Positions 11,944 through 24,471 of a stretch of DNA of 64,000 nucleotides are shown here, in pieces. The position numbers and the translations under genes are program-made. This stretch comes from Trichoplax sp. H2. Taxonomy: Eukaryota. The notes beneath the pieces were generated by a model. That model saw only the letters and a program-made list of their open reading frames with translations. It was not told the origin of the DNA and searched no databases. Numbering within the stretch: the first letter of the stretch is position 1; each line of letters starts with the position of its first letter. The DNA lies in assembly GCA_003344405.1 (NCBI GenBank), contig NOWV01000001.1, positions 1,488,001-1,552,000 of the forward strand. Reading direction: 5' to 3'.

Positions 11944-12626
11944 TATTCTGAAATACTAGAGTTGCGTGTACTTCTTACTTTAGCATTACCGTACTATAGC
12001 AGAATTACTTTAGTATACTCTACAGCTATACAAAATCTTTTAAAAGCATCTTTATTTGCTGACTATATACTAGTACAGTTAGTTTGCTTTGCAACACGAT
12101 AGTAATAGTGCNNNNNNNNNNNNNNNNNNNNAAGGCATAACTCAGTCGTTTCAATTTCAAAGAAATCAATTAGGCCTACAATCTGGACCTGAAATGATGA
12201 CATCCCCCATCCTGCTGTCTTTCCGTTTAGTATGTTTTAACCATAGAGTATACAATATCGTGCAAAATGTCTGACTCCAATAAAATCAGGGTGGATGATT
12301 TAATGCGTGTATGCAGTATAATAATTAAAATCAGATAAAGTTATGTGCATCAGTACATATAATATGATCAGTCAGGGAAGTATATTACGCGAAGTATAAC
12401 CAGCTAGGGACATACTAATATAATATGATAGATAGGTCACTAGCTCTACAAACTACAGTATTCTGAAATACTAGAGTTGCGTCTACTTCTTACTTTAGCA
12501 TTACCGTACTATAGCAGAATTACTTTAGTATACTCTACAGCTATACAAAATCTTTTAAAAGCATCTTTATTTACTGACTATATACAAGTACGGTTAGTTT
12601 GCTTTGCAACATGATTGTAATAGTGC
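11944..12626 (+). repeat. 168-bp direct duplication (11944-12111 / 12459-12626) straddling an assembly gap
   Basis: Near-identical copies with a few substitutions; N-gap at 12112-12131. Confidence 0.9.
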
Positions 12627-12752
12627 TAACGAATAATCCAAAGAATTTTAAAATTTATCAATTATAGATCTTTATTAATTCGTTAATATAACTGGAATAA
12701 CTATTAATTTTGAATAAAGCAACATAAACTTGTATGCTGAGATAGATATCGT

Positions 12753-12830
12753 ATACATGACTAGTAGATTATCGGTTATTGCAATCCAATCGAAGTCGGT
12801 TTTAAGCAAATAACTTCATTATATCATATA
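12753..12830 (-). promoter_or_regulatory. SECIS element (canonical AAAA) of truncated deiodinase copy C
   Basis: Minus strand TATATGAT-ATA-ATGAA-GTTATTTGCTT-AAAA-CCGACTTCGATTGG-ATTGCAATAAC-CGAT-AATCTACTA-GTCATGTA. Confidence 0.88.
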
Positions 12831-13241
12831 AACGTAAATCTATCTATTTCATGAACACGTTTACGAGTGTACCTCGGTTTCAAATCTACCCCCAAAATAA
12901 AAACTATTATTGTATCCGGGGCTAAGAGGATAACAATTTAATCCTTACTTTAGTTGTACAATCGTGTCAAGCAATTATATCCGTTGTAAGATAGAAAGTG
13001 GGTCAAGGTCTCTTCAACCTGCTATAAACCGTAATTAGGGTTATTCTCAGTCAGTTAACGAGCTGATGTAGATTGCTTTCTTCTAATAATATTAAATACT
13101 GCAAGTTGAAAAAGATTAATACTGAACTACACGTTTAAGTTTCTATGTAATTCTATTTTACAGTATCTAGTTATTTCTTATAAATGACTTGTATAAACAT
13201 TTGAATTATCCGTATAGTTTATCCGAATCTTATAACAGTTT

Positions 13242-13760
13242 CTATTTTTCTACAACGTATTTCTCTAAAAATTGTTCCATGTCATCTACACTATAAGCAA
13301 ACGGACCTGGACCGCCTGAATAAACGATTTTTCCGTCATCGACTACATATAATCGTTCTGGTACAGCGTCGTATGCTTTCATCGTTTCATTTTCAATACA
13401 ATCGATAAAAAACGGTAATTGAAATTGGAAACGATTAATAAATTCTTTAGCTATGTTTATTCTAGCTTCTAATTTCTTAGGCTGAAGAAAGCATACGCCA
13501 AGATTTTCATTCATTAATGGCATTGCCCATTCATCGGCGGCATGAGCTTCCATAATATAGATAGTGTTAAATTGAACACGATTACTAAATCGACCAGCCA
13601 GATCGATAAAGCGATCGACTCCGTATCGAAATGGAGGTCAAGAATAGGATCCGAAGTTTAAGACATGAATTTTTTTGGCGCTTTGATTAAAAATGTTTTG
13701 TAAATCAGTTTGTTGCTGATCAAGTGTAAATAATCGTCCTTTAGGAGCTTGTTGTCCAAC
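13242..13760 (-). pseudogene. 5'-truncated deiodinase-like selenoprotein, copy C (Sec TGA at 13640-13638)
   Basis: Open frame VGQQAPKGRLF...NFGSYS-U-PPFRYGVDRF...IYIMEAHAADEW...YVVEK*. Identity to copies A/B stops abruptly at 13760, and there is no in-frame ATG upstream before a stop. Confidence 0.85.
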
Positions 13761-13761
13761 G

Positions 13762-13989
13762 GGAGCAAGGATACAAATTGCTAAAGAATTCGTTGATCGT
13801 TTCGATTACAAATTGCCATTTTTTGTCGATACTATGGAAGGTGATACCATGAAGGCCTATGGCGCTCAACCTGAAAGATTGTATGTGGTTAAAGATGGGA
13901 AAATTGCTTATGAAGGTGGACCAGGTCCATTCTGCTATAGTATAGACGATTTAGAACAATTTTTAGAGAAGTTGATCGCCAACAAGTAA
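13762..13989 (+). pseudogene. 3' fragment of a more divergent deiodinase-like gene, copy D
   Basis: GARIQIAKEFVDRFDYKLPFFVDTMEGDTMKAYGAQPERLYVVKDGKIAYEGGPGPFCYSIDDLEQFLEKLIANK*. Lacks the Sec region and is absent from the ORF track. Confidence 0.88.
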
Positions 13990-14620
13990 TTGCTATCTCG
14001 ACCGTTACATTTAACTTGGATCATATCATTTCTTCTCATTAGCTAGTCTGGAATTGAATCCACAGAAAATATGGCACAAAGTATAAGCCTTCGTCTTAGT
14101 ACACTTTGTAATGGTTATCTTGATTAAATTCCCTGTTTCAAACACACTCTGCATTGAATACCTGTTCTAACTACTTCTAATAAATTAATATTCATCGTGA
14201 CTGAAATTTAGACGGTTGCTAAAATGTATATCTGTTATAAAGGCCGTGAAATTTTTTATCGCAACACTTCGATACGATGCCCCTTTTTTGCCGACCTTAA
14301 GTTATCCCCCATTTCGATAAAGTCTAAATTCGTACGTTATAAATTTAAGAATGCGCTAGCTAATCTACTTTACTGTTTATCAGCTAGATATTGATAGCAA
14401 TAATAATATTTAAACTATTCTAGGCGGTTTACTTAACCATTGATGGTGCATTAACAGTTGCAATCGCGCAACAACGTTGTATTGCACTCTGTTTTTCTAC
14501 TATGAAAATTACTATTAGACGTATTTGTATTTATCTCTTATGATAAGTAATATATTAGTAGTAATGGAAATATGATCGATTCCTACAATGATAGTTAAGG
14601 CTTATTGTTGCTGTTTATAT

Positions 14621-14693
14621 AAGTAGAATTGCATGAAGTTATAGCTTGAGACCAATCTATTTGGATAGTAATAACTGAGGAAAAATTCTATTT
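14621..14693 (+). promoter_or_regulatory. SECIS element of copy D (GAGA apical variant)
   Basis: AAGTAGAATT-GC-ATGAA-GTTATAGCTT-GAGA-CCAA(TCTAT)TTGG-ATAGTAATAAC-TGAG-GAAA-AATTCTATTT. Confidence 0.85.
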
Positions 14694-15613
14694 GCTTATA
14701 AATTATGCAATGTAAGTGCTTTTCTGTGATGTATCAGGATAAAAGATATTAAAATAATAAAAGGCAAGAAACTAAATTTTTAATCCCTTAATCTTAAAAC
14801 TTATGGCTGGATAACCTAATAATCATTGTAGGTGCTGTTTAGAGATTAGCTGCGTCGTTCTACGTATTTTGCTATGGAATGGAAATCTTTCCTATTAGAT
14901 CGGAGTAACAAATTGACATTTGATGGGACACTGGTATGAATGTAGGCAATTTTTCAACATAACCCCTTATGTGTAAATTTTATACAGTGCAAAATAAATC
15001 CAAGAATCAAAATTTTTAACTTTATGCACATATACGAACATCTTTACGACCTAGATTACTAGATTCTACAAAATTATAACGTTCGTTCTGCAACGATGTA
15101 GTTAGAATTGCTCAGTTAAATTCTTTAGCAATTCGATTTTAACTCAAGAGTTAACCAATTCAAGATTTTTGCAAATTTAATCATAGATACGTATGAAGAA
15201 CGATAGAACTACATATTTGTTTAATACAGAGGAAAAGCTCGCGTAGCATGTTGAAGTATCGTATGATAACATTAGAGAATAAATAATAGCCTTGGAAAGC
15301 CAGAGATACAGGTGAGATTAAGCTGACTTCATAAATTATCTGAAAGGCTATTAGCTTAAATAACTTATACAACGAAGCTGATGTTAATGCGATAGCTGTA
15401 CTATTTTAGTTGTGTTGTTAAATATTTACCTTATCAAAGAATTACTGTTTATTTCAACAAAATTTTAAATTAAATTTGATTACCAGTAGAAAAAAGCTGT
15501 GCAAAGTCGTGTTCTCGTTAATAATCATACCCTGTTTATTATATAATTTTCAATGACATCCTAATATCAATAAACATCGCCTGTAATTATGAAAATATAG
15601 CTAATCCGCGTTA

Positions 15614-17652
15614 TTAGTCAGTTTTTTCTGCCTTCGAACTAGGGCTGAGACATTTTCGGCGTTGACGAAACATGTGACCGTATAATTGAGGAAAGACTAA
15701 AGGTACGTTTAAAGAGTATAAGCATTAGTATATTAAGCAATATACATGCGTATTGAAAAAGCACAGTTATTAGAAACTGAAAACCATACTCACTTGGAAT
15801 ATATAAAAGGGAAATGAAAATTAAAGCTGAGTAATAATCAAACGACATATTTAAGTCGTTAGGCATTTCGTAGGAATACAACTTTCGCTTTGCAACATAT
15901 GGTAGTGAGTAAATTATACAAAGTAGCTCGCCCTAAGAACCCAAAGAAATCAATTACGGTAGTTAAAAACTACAAGCATTTAATTAGACGTTGGTTGCTG
16001 TAAAGTACTTTAATCGAAACTCATTTTAGCATTGCTTGTATAGTGTATTTCGGAGCAGGTATGATATGTCCAACTTCACTTACCGAAACACCGCAAGGGT
16101 ATAAAACGATAAAGAGTGTATACCTGTAAAAACATGCAAGCATTATTATTGGATATCGTACTTGAAGGTAAACTTAATAGTTATAAATATGTGAATAATA
16201 GCAATCTTTCTAATACAGTAGCTGAGAATTGTAAGTAAAATACGAGCAATAAAAGCAAATTTGGAAAGTATCTTTACCTCAGCCATGATAGTATATATGG
16301 TGCGAAACCAATTATATTGGTAGTATAATACGAATAACGGATGATTTCAGTTATAGTCCATGCCATCACCGCTAACTCGACTGCTATGGTATCTTGAATC
16401 TATAGTCATAAACAAGTATTCATAATTGTGAATTATCTTTACAACCATGAACTCCTCCAAATATTTATTTTACAATTTCCATCAGATAGAGGTTAAGTCC
16501 GTTTCAATGTACTATAGTATATGTCATTACCACTTTAATACAATTTAAAGAATTGTTTCAATATTAAGATAACACGCATCGATAGGTTAACAACGTCTAA
16601 ATGATAGCCAATGACAGCGAATGTTATTGTCAGTATGCAAGTATCCATATAATACAGCATAGCACTTACTTCTTTGACGCTTAGAATAACTCCCCAGTAT
16701 ATGATTAGGCGAGAAGCAACTTGGAAAGCTGTCAAAACAACATTTGCCCGAACCAATCCTAAACAGTGATGAAATTAAAAATCACCGTATGGCTTTGGTG
16801 CCAAGTAATTGAAGAGGTGCTAGATATAATGCAGACTTTCTCGAGCTTAACAACATCAAGATTGCGAATTTGGTTTCTCTTTCTCTATGGTCAATCCTAC
16901 TTACCGATTGCACAATGGAATACCTAATAATGGAAAAGATAGAACTCGTTAGCATATTACCATGACGAAGAAAGCGTTGCTTGATTTGGGTCATGTGGAC
17001 CTTTGCACTGCCTTATAAAGACTGCAAACAGCAGATGTTTGAAACTAAGTTTAATTAATTCTAATTATTATTCCCTCACAGACAGTACTGTTGTCTATTT
17101 TCATGCAGTCGATCGCCAATAAATTATCGATGCAAGAGGTACAGACAGTAATACTTTCAAATTAGCTAACTTTACTGCCATCAACAACTAGAAAGTAGGA
17201 ATGAGAACTGAATTACGTCAATAAGAAATTCGTGTAGGCTATCCTAATCATGCTGTGACTAGCCTATGCAGCAGCGACTTGCAGGTCAATGGACCATGTC
17301 AACACTTTGCAAACTGACCTCTAAAATAGCAGCGCTTTGAAAGATCTTTAATATCTGATGAATTTCCTTATAAAAGCCATCCAAGCTACGATTTTGATGA
17401 TAATGCTGACAAGTTTTGACTAAAATTGCCGACCATCTACATAATGCATAGGAAACAATATTCAATGGTAAGAAAGGATCAATGTATCCAATCAACCTCT
17501 TTCTACTCGTGCTATGATTGACTTGGCAAGTAGAAATCCTGTTCATTTAAGCCTCAAATCGTTTACCCGATTGTCTGCAGGACATTGTAAAGCAATAAAT
17601 AAAAATTTCCAAGCATGCCTGGCCCTTTTCTTTTCGAAGCTTCTTCCGCCAT
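15614..17652 (-). CDS. HACD: Very-long-chain (3R)-3-hydroxyacyl-CoA dehydratase (HACD1/2, PTPLA family), 8 exons, 231 aa
   Basis: Exons 17652-17567, 17436-17319, 16923-16905 (19 nt), 16758-16670, 16399-16278, 16123-16084, 15932-15794, 15696-15614 join in frame. Motifs: YLLLYNVLQTIGW, FQSAAILE, FHCAIGLVR, QVASR, AWTITEIIRYSYY, WLRYTLFIVLYPCGVSGE, FPQLYGHMFRQRRK. Confidence 0.93.
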
Positions 17653-18077
17653 CTTTGGTTAGTAATATCTGCAAGATTTATTTCAAATATTTCAGTTAAA
17701 ATAGGGCGAAATGCTCAATTAGAGCTAGCATTCAACATTTTCTCCATCACAACTGTTGCCTCTTACCGTTTCATAAATTCGTCGTATACGAGCGTCGATG
17801 ACACACGATCGCTTGGTGCTTTTAAATTCTACCTCGAACATTGCTACCGGTACTATAGTACAGTATCCAACCGTGGAGCTAGACAGCCTGTACTGCTCCA
17901 TACGTCAAGCAAGTGTCATACTGTAGATCACCTGATGCAAGCATACGATCCAGTCCGGTCTCGATTGTCTACAGTGTACAGTACGGTACAAGCCGATCTC
18001 TTGTACTGTGCACTCTAGTTACGGCCAGACGGACATTATGCCGTCGTGTTAAGAGAAAGAGACTACAGTTTCAACGA

Positions 18078-18494
18078 TTTTCGTTGGCCAAAACTGCACA
18101 GGCGGACGATTTCGTTGCTTATTTTAACTATTCTGTTCATCGAAAACCGTTCTCTCTACTTTAGTGTTCTGTAGCTACCATTTTCGTGGCCAAAACTGTA
18201 CAGACGGACGATTTCGTTGCTTATTTTAACTATTCTGTTCATGGAAAACCGTTCTCTCTACTTTAGTGTTCTGTAGCTACCATTTTCGTGGCCAAAACTG
18301 TACAAGCGGACGATTTCGTTGGTTATTTTAACTATTCTGTTCATCGAAAACCGTTCTCTCTACTATAGTGTTCTGTAGCTACCATTTTCGTGGCCAAAAC
18401 TGTACAGGCGGACGATTTCGTTGGTTATTTTAACTATTCTATTCATCGAAAACCGTTCTCTGTACAGTACTATAGTGTTCTGTAGCTACCATTC
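18078..18494. repeat. Tandem repeat, ~102-bp unit x4
   Basis: Units start at 18078, 18181, 18283 and 18385 (TTTTCGTGGCCAAAACTGTACAG...CTGTAGCTACCA). Confidence 0.95.
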
Positions 18495-18591
18495 CCAAGT
18501 TAGTTAGCTCATAATACAGTGTACACTTTCAATCTTCCGATATAGGGAATACACTTGGTAATGTCAATACGTTGACGTTGACGACAAACTT

Positions 18592-18892
18592 TTACTGTAT
18601 AACAACGTATACATAACTGTCAATGGCACCTTTCCAGTTAAAGATCCTGTTCTACACCGAGTAAAAATTTTTGAATCAGTTGATTAGTCGACAGAATTTA
18701 CCAGCATCCTTGAGTATTATTCCATTAATATGATTGGTTAACTTACTGTATAGCAACGTATATATAACTGGCAATGGCACCTTTCCAGTTAAAGATCTGT
18801 TCAACACCAAGTAAAAATTTTTGAATCAGTTGATCAGTTGACAGGATTTACCAGCATCCTTGAGTATTATTGCGTTAATAGGATTGGTTAAC
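18592..18892. repeat. Tandem repeat, ~151-bp unit x2
   Basis: TTACTGTATA.CAACGTATA...GATTGGTTAAC duplicated. Confidence 0.9.
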
Positions 18893-19164
18893 TACAGTAT
18901 GATGTGTGTTTGGAAGTAATTCTAACATACAGGACTGTAAACTCCGCGACAAAATGGGCGTTTATACAGTATGATGATTAATTCAGTAAACTTGATTAAA
19001 CTCCTTAATCAAAGAGACTAATGTCAAGTAGTCGATTATACGTACACTTCTAAGTAGATTATTGAATCGAAGTATCATTTTAGTAGTTCCATCAGTAGTA
19101 TGAATCATTTTATTCACTACTTCTACATGCTCTCGACTTCTTATAAGCAGCTATACTGCATATT

Positions 19165-20604
19165 CTAGTGGATATCTCGCACGAGCTGATTGATGCTACG
19201 TATCAATGCGAGTAAGCCACAAATGGTATCTCGTTAGCAAATCGCCTGTACTGTATATATAGACTGTACACCATAACGTAAAAAATGTGCTACGGTAATG
19301 ATAATAGAGTAATTAGGAAAGATACTTGCATCTATTGGCTATGCTCATTAAATGTAACTATGTCTATCTTTGTAAGCTAGAAATACATAGGCTTTGATAC
19401 TTGAGTAATTGGGTAAGATACTTGCATATATTGGCCATGCTCATTAAATGTAACTATGTCTATCTTGTTAGCTAGAAACGCACAGGCTATGATACTTGAG
19501 TAATTAGGAAAGATATTTGCAGCTATTGGCTATGCTCATTAAATGTAACTATGTCTATCTTTGTAAGCTAGAAATATAACAGGCTATTGTACTGTACTAT
19601 GTAAAATATAAATGAGTGTATCATGACTACGACAGAATTCCTATAGTCGGATTAATGATACGTAAGTTTTGAAATATCATAATACGAATACATCCCGAAA
19701 AATTTAATTTCTACCGCCAAAATATTTATTGCAAAGGGANNNNNNNNNNNNNNNNNNNNCTAGTGGATATCTCGCACGAGCTGATTGATGCTAGGTATCA
19801 ATGCGAGTAAGCCACAAATGGTATCTCGTTAGCAAATCGCCTGTACTGTATATATAGACTGTACACCATAACGTAAAAAATGTGCTACGGTAATGATAAT
19901 AGAGTAATTAGGAAAGATACTTGCGTCTATTGGCTATGCTCATTAAATGTAACTATGTCTATCTTTGTAAGCTAGAAATACATAGGCTTTGATACTTGAG
20001 TAATTGGGTAAGATACTTGCATCTATTGGCCATGCTCATTAAATGTAACTATGTCTATCTTGTAAGCTAGAAACGCACAGGCTTTGATAATTGGGTAAGA
20101 TACTTGCATCTATTGGTCATGCTCATTAAATGTAACTATGCCTATCTTGTTAGCTAGATGCACAGGCTATGATACTTGAGTAATTAGCAAAGATATTTGC
20201 ATCTATTGGCTATGCTCATTAAATGTAACTATGTCTATCTTGTAAGCTAGATGCACAGGCTGATACTTGAGTAATTGGGAAAGATACTTGCATCTATTGG
20301 CTATGCTAATTAAATGTAACTATGTCAATCTTGTAAGCTAGAAATACACAGGCTATGATACTTGAGTAATTAGGAAAGATATTTGCAGCTATTGGCTATG
20401 CTCATTAAATATAACTATGTCTATCTTTGTAAGCTAGAAATATACAGGCTATTCTACTGTACTATGTAAGATATAAATAAGTGTATCATGACTACGACAG
20501 AATTCCTATAGTCGGATTAATGATACGTAAGTTTTGAAATATCATAATACGAATACATCCCGAAAAATTTAATTTCTACCGCCAAAATATTTATTGCAAA
20601 GGGA
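19165..20604. repeat. Block duplicated across an N-gap, containing a ~95-bp minisatellite (3 vs 6 units)
   Basis: 19165-19739 and 19760-20604 have near-identical flanks. Unit GAGTAATTAGGAAAGATACTTGCATCTATTGGCTATGCTCATTAAATGTAAC... Gap at 19740-19759. Confidence 0.92.
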
Positions 20605-21285
20605 AGAAATAATTAATAAGGTTTACCAAGTGCTGACTCTAGTCAAACATTCATCATTTACATATTGCTTCTCAATACCGGATACTGAAATCATAAATTC
20701 TTTTATTACAACAATTTGTATAGAAATACCTTCCTAAAAATTGTTCATCTGTCACGGTCGAGCTTGAGAATGTCGATGTGTTACAGTTTTGTAAGTTTAA
20801 AACGTTAATTCTATGCGAAAGGCTTATAATTTTGCTATTTGTTAATGCTTATATTATTCTTAAGTAATTAACTATTAGCTAAGGTTAAGTAAAGTCATGT
20901 TTGAAACATTTTGGATGAGTTATTGTTGTGTAATTGGATAACTCATCTAAAGTGTTTAGGTAGGTTATCATGATCTAAAGCTTTCCGAAAATATGAAATT
21001 GGTTTAGTTGTCGATGAGAAAGTTTATGTTTACTTAATAATAAACTTACTTAGTTACCGTGCACGCTTATTGGCTGTTTTTGCGTCAGATTTAGAGGATA
21101 CTACTGTAGTCACAGAAACTATCTAGTACTTCGTTGTCTGGGGTTTGTAAACGCTCAGAGATTTAGTTAACTACTTTAATTTGCATAGTTCAATCAGAGG
21201 GACGATTGAGCTATCTATTGGTAATCGTTCCTGTAGTATTCGTTAGTCGTTTATGTTGCAATATGGCAGGATTACTGTACAGGGG

Positions 21286-24200
21286 TTAATCATTCTTAAT
21301 GTGAATTTCAGAATATGATGCAAACAATAATACTAGTAACACTGAGGATAAAAGGCCAACCCAACCAAACATTGTTATACCGTAAATAGAAAATAAGTAC
21401 GAAGCAATTGGAGGACTAATAAGTCGAATTCCGAATTCAACAGTAGCTATCATGCCAATCATGGAACCACTATCACTTTCCGGAGCAAGACTTGTAAGGC
21501 AGCTACTTAAAATAACTTGAAATGTATCTGTTCCCACTGCAAGCAAGAACATGGCCAGGCAATACGGGATAAGGTTTGTTGTAAATGCCTTTCAGATAAA
21601 ATAAAACAAAAATAAATGAAGAGACACAACTATTGCAATAAATTCAATAGCATTAATTTATACATTTGAATTTAGATTAAAAGCTATTATGCATTGAAAT
21701 ATATTTATCAGAAATGGTTAGAAAGTTGGATCCGTACCATGATAATGTAGATAATAATCAATGACATTGAATCGTATTTCAAAACGGTGTATTGAGAATA
21801 TAGGTCTGTTATATAACCAACGAAAAATCCCTGTACAATCTATAAAACCGCAGTAAATACATTTCATTGAAACGATAGAAAGGCATAAATCAAACGTCCA
21901 ATAATTAAGCAGAAGTAACCTTACCGTTGTTAATACTCCAAGATAAGCTAGCATTAATCCATTTGCTTGAGCGCCCAAATGAAAGTGATCCATTAAGATT
22001 AAGCTTATCACTGATTGTATTAAACCGAGTGGAAGGAAACTAACTAGCTTTAATACCAATAGGAACAATACGTGAGGATACGCCAGTAATCGAAATGCAT
22101 CCGAAATACTTGTAGATGAGCTTTTTTTGCTTTTTTCTACGTACAATAGTTGTCAAAACAACCGTGATTGTGAAAAAAATTAATCATACAGTCTCTAATA
22201 TAGTCTTAAGGTGTTCTATAGTCTGAAATACGAAATGTTATGACGATAAGAATATTCACTGTCAAGACTTTTTCTTTAAATTAATATATCGGCTTAATTT
22301 ACTAACCTTTCTGTTCATCTTCAGAATTTCCCAAATACATCTTGGTATTCTTTGGAATAAACATCATAGTAATCATTACGTGTAGAACAGCCCCAAAAGC
22401 CGATATCATTGCGGTAGTTTGTTCTCCATAACTGGCTTGAATCCATCCACCTAGAACTGACCCGACCAACATACCAAAGCCGAAACACATTCCAACTTTA
22501 CCTAAAGCATCTGGACGCTCTATAAGTATATATATATATATACACATATAGGACTATTTTATTCAAAATTTTGCGAAATCGCTATTAAATATTACACTGT
22601 AATGTAAATATTAAGGTCAACATGGAAATAGTAATTTCAAGCAATTATTTGACAATTTTAAGCCCAATACTAATACCATTCACAGCATTTGCTAACCTTT
22701 TGGATCAGAAACATCGGATGCTATCATCTGGTGAGCTATATTCATTCAAATAGTTAAATGCAATCATTGATTGGTCGTTTTTGCTTAATTTTTTTCCGAA
22801 CTAGGGCATTTAAACTGACTTTAACTATTATATACGAGTGTATTAATCAAAAATTAAAGTACTGTAGTCAAAATGAATACAGTAACTCTATGTAAAATTA
22901 ACTACAATTCCACTATTTATAGCAGTATATGATCGATAAGCTTCAGATTATTTTCGGTAGTTTTACAGTAATGAGTAGTCCTCTAAAATTACATTTACGG
23001 TATAGCAAAATAATTATCAATTGAAGACACTGTTACGATATCTAAATTACGAGACACAAATATCTACTTATAAGACAGTGTAATATTGTATTCTAAGTTG
23101 ATGATATCTTTAGTAATGTCTACCGTAGTTATTGTGTTCAAGGTTTGATAGATATTCCGTTAGAGGCTTAAGTATTAAATATAGCTAGCTTAGCTGTATC
23201 CTTTTGAAAAGGAGTGCTCGCACTAGAGCTTCACAAGAAAGGTGTGAACTATCCTGTATTTGAGATGCTAATATTGAAGTGTGTAGTAAGTAAGGTGCTA
23301 AGATTGTTAACGTGAAAAAATATATAAGCGAGTAGTTTAATACAGTAAAATAGTTCTTTCTCGTTAGAGGTCCTCAACTGATCGATTACGTTGTATCTTT
23401 GTAAACGAGGTTTTGTTCAATAAATCTTAATTTTCTAAAGTGTTGAAGATGCTTGATCTATCAACCTCATAATACTCTATGTTGTGGAAATGCTGAGAGA
23501 TGCAATACATTGATATTCATTCCACCTAATACATAGTACTGTATATTATTAGTTAAAAAGCTAGTAACAAGGTTTTATGTTTAAAGCATCATCGTATTGT
23601 ACTGTAAGCACGTATTACGCGAAATTCGATTGTAGCTTTTGTACCTGGTAAGCCATGAGCTAAACATAACGCTATCTGTGATAGAAACAAGAGGTATTTG
23701 CTGCTTGCGAAAGCTACCATTAGGTAATAGCATAAACTCGATAAGTCAGCAATAATGACAGCATAACGTGCTCCATAATGATCAGCAATGCGTCCAAATA
23801 TAGGGGAGCCGGTAAACATAGCAGCTGCTCCAATAGTTTGCAAATATCCGAATTGTATTGCATCCATGCCAAGTTTCTTGGATAAAAACTAGAATACGCG
23901 CGATACATTCGTAAGTAAATATTTTAATAATGCTTATCAATAATGCAGTTGCAATTCTCGAAAGTACAGGTTTCTTACAGTCTTATCCATGCACAAATCT
24001 AGGCTCAGAATCTCTATCAAACAACTACTCTACGATCTGTAAGCTAACTGTACACCTTCTACTGATAGCAGTGTAGCCGATAATATAATTAAGAGCTAGT
24101 TACAGTATTAAGATTAAGCTATAGCCATGCCCGTTAAGGTAATTTTAAGTATCTCTATCAAACAACTACGCTACGATTTGTAAGCTAACTGTGCACTTTC

Positions 24201-24471
24201 TACTGATAGGACTGTAGCCGATAATCAAGAGCTAGTTACAGTACAGTATAACGATTAAGCTAATTGGTATTTCCTGCTTGTATGATTAAAAACTCAATGT
24301 ACGAGTATATTCATTGTACAGCACTGTATATTGCTAAATTTAAAAGAAGAAAATAGACTATACCGGTGAAACAGATAACTGGATAAAAAATGCCATAGAG
24401 GAGAGAAAGGCACTGGCATGACAGCTTTGCAAACAGCGAGTACGAAATTGCTTTAACGCGTGTTGATCCAT
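21286..24471 (-). CDS. SLC22A18: MFS transporter, SLC22A18-like (multi-exon)
   Basis: Exon peptides MDQHALKQF...FFIQLSVSP / LGMDAIQFGYLQT...SPIFGRIADHYGAR...HGLPG / AHQMIASDVSD / ERPDALGKVGMCFGFGMLVGSVLGG / ...MDHFHLGAQANGLMLAYLGV / ...IRLISPPIASYLF follow the SLC22A18 pattern. Confidence 0.85.
24010..24262. repeat. Intronic ~110-bp duplication
   Basis: ATCTCTATCAAACAACTAC...GATTAAGCTA at ~24010-24121 and ~24151-24262. Confidence 0.85.

Noticed and set aside
18078-20604. CRISPR-like arrays
   Set aside because: Units are head-to-tail ~95-150 bp with no unique spacers, the context is eukaryotic and no cas genes are seen.
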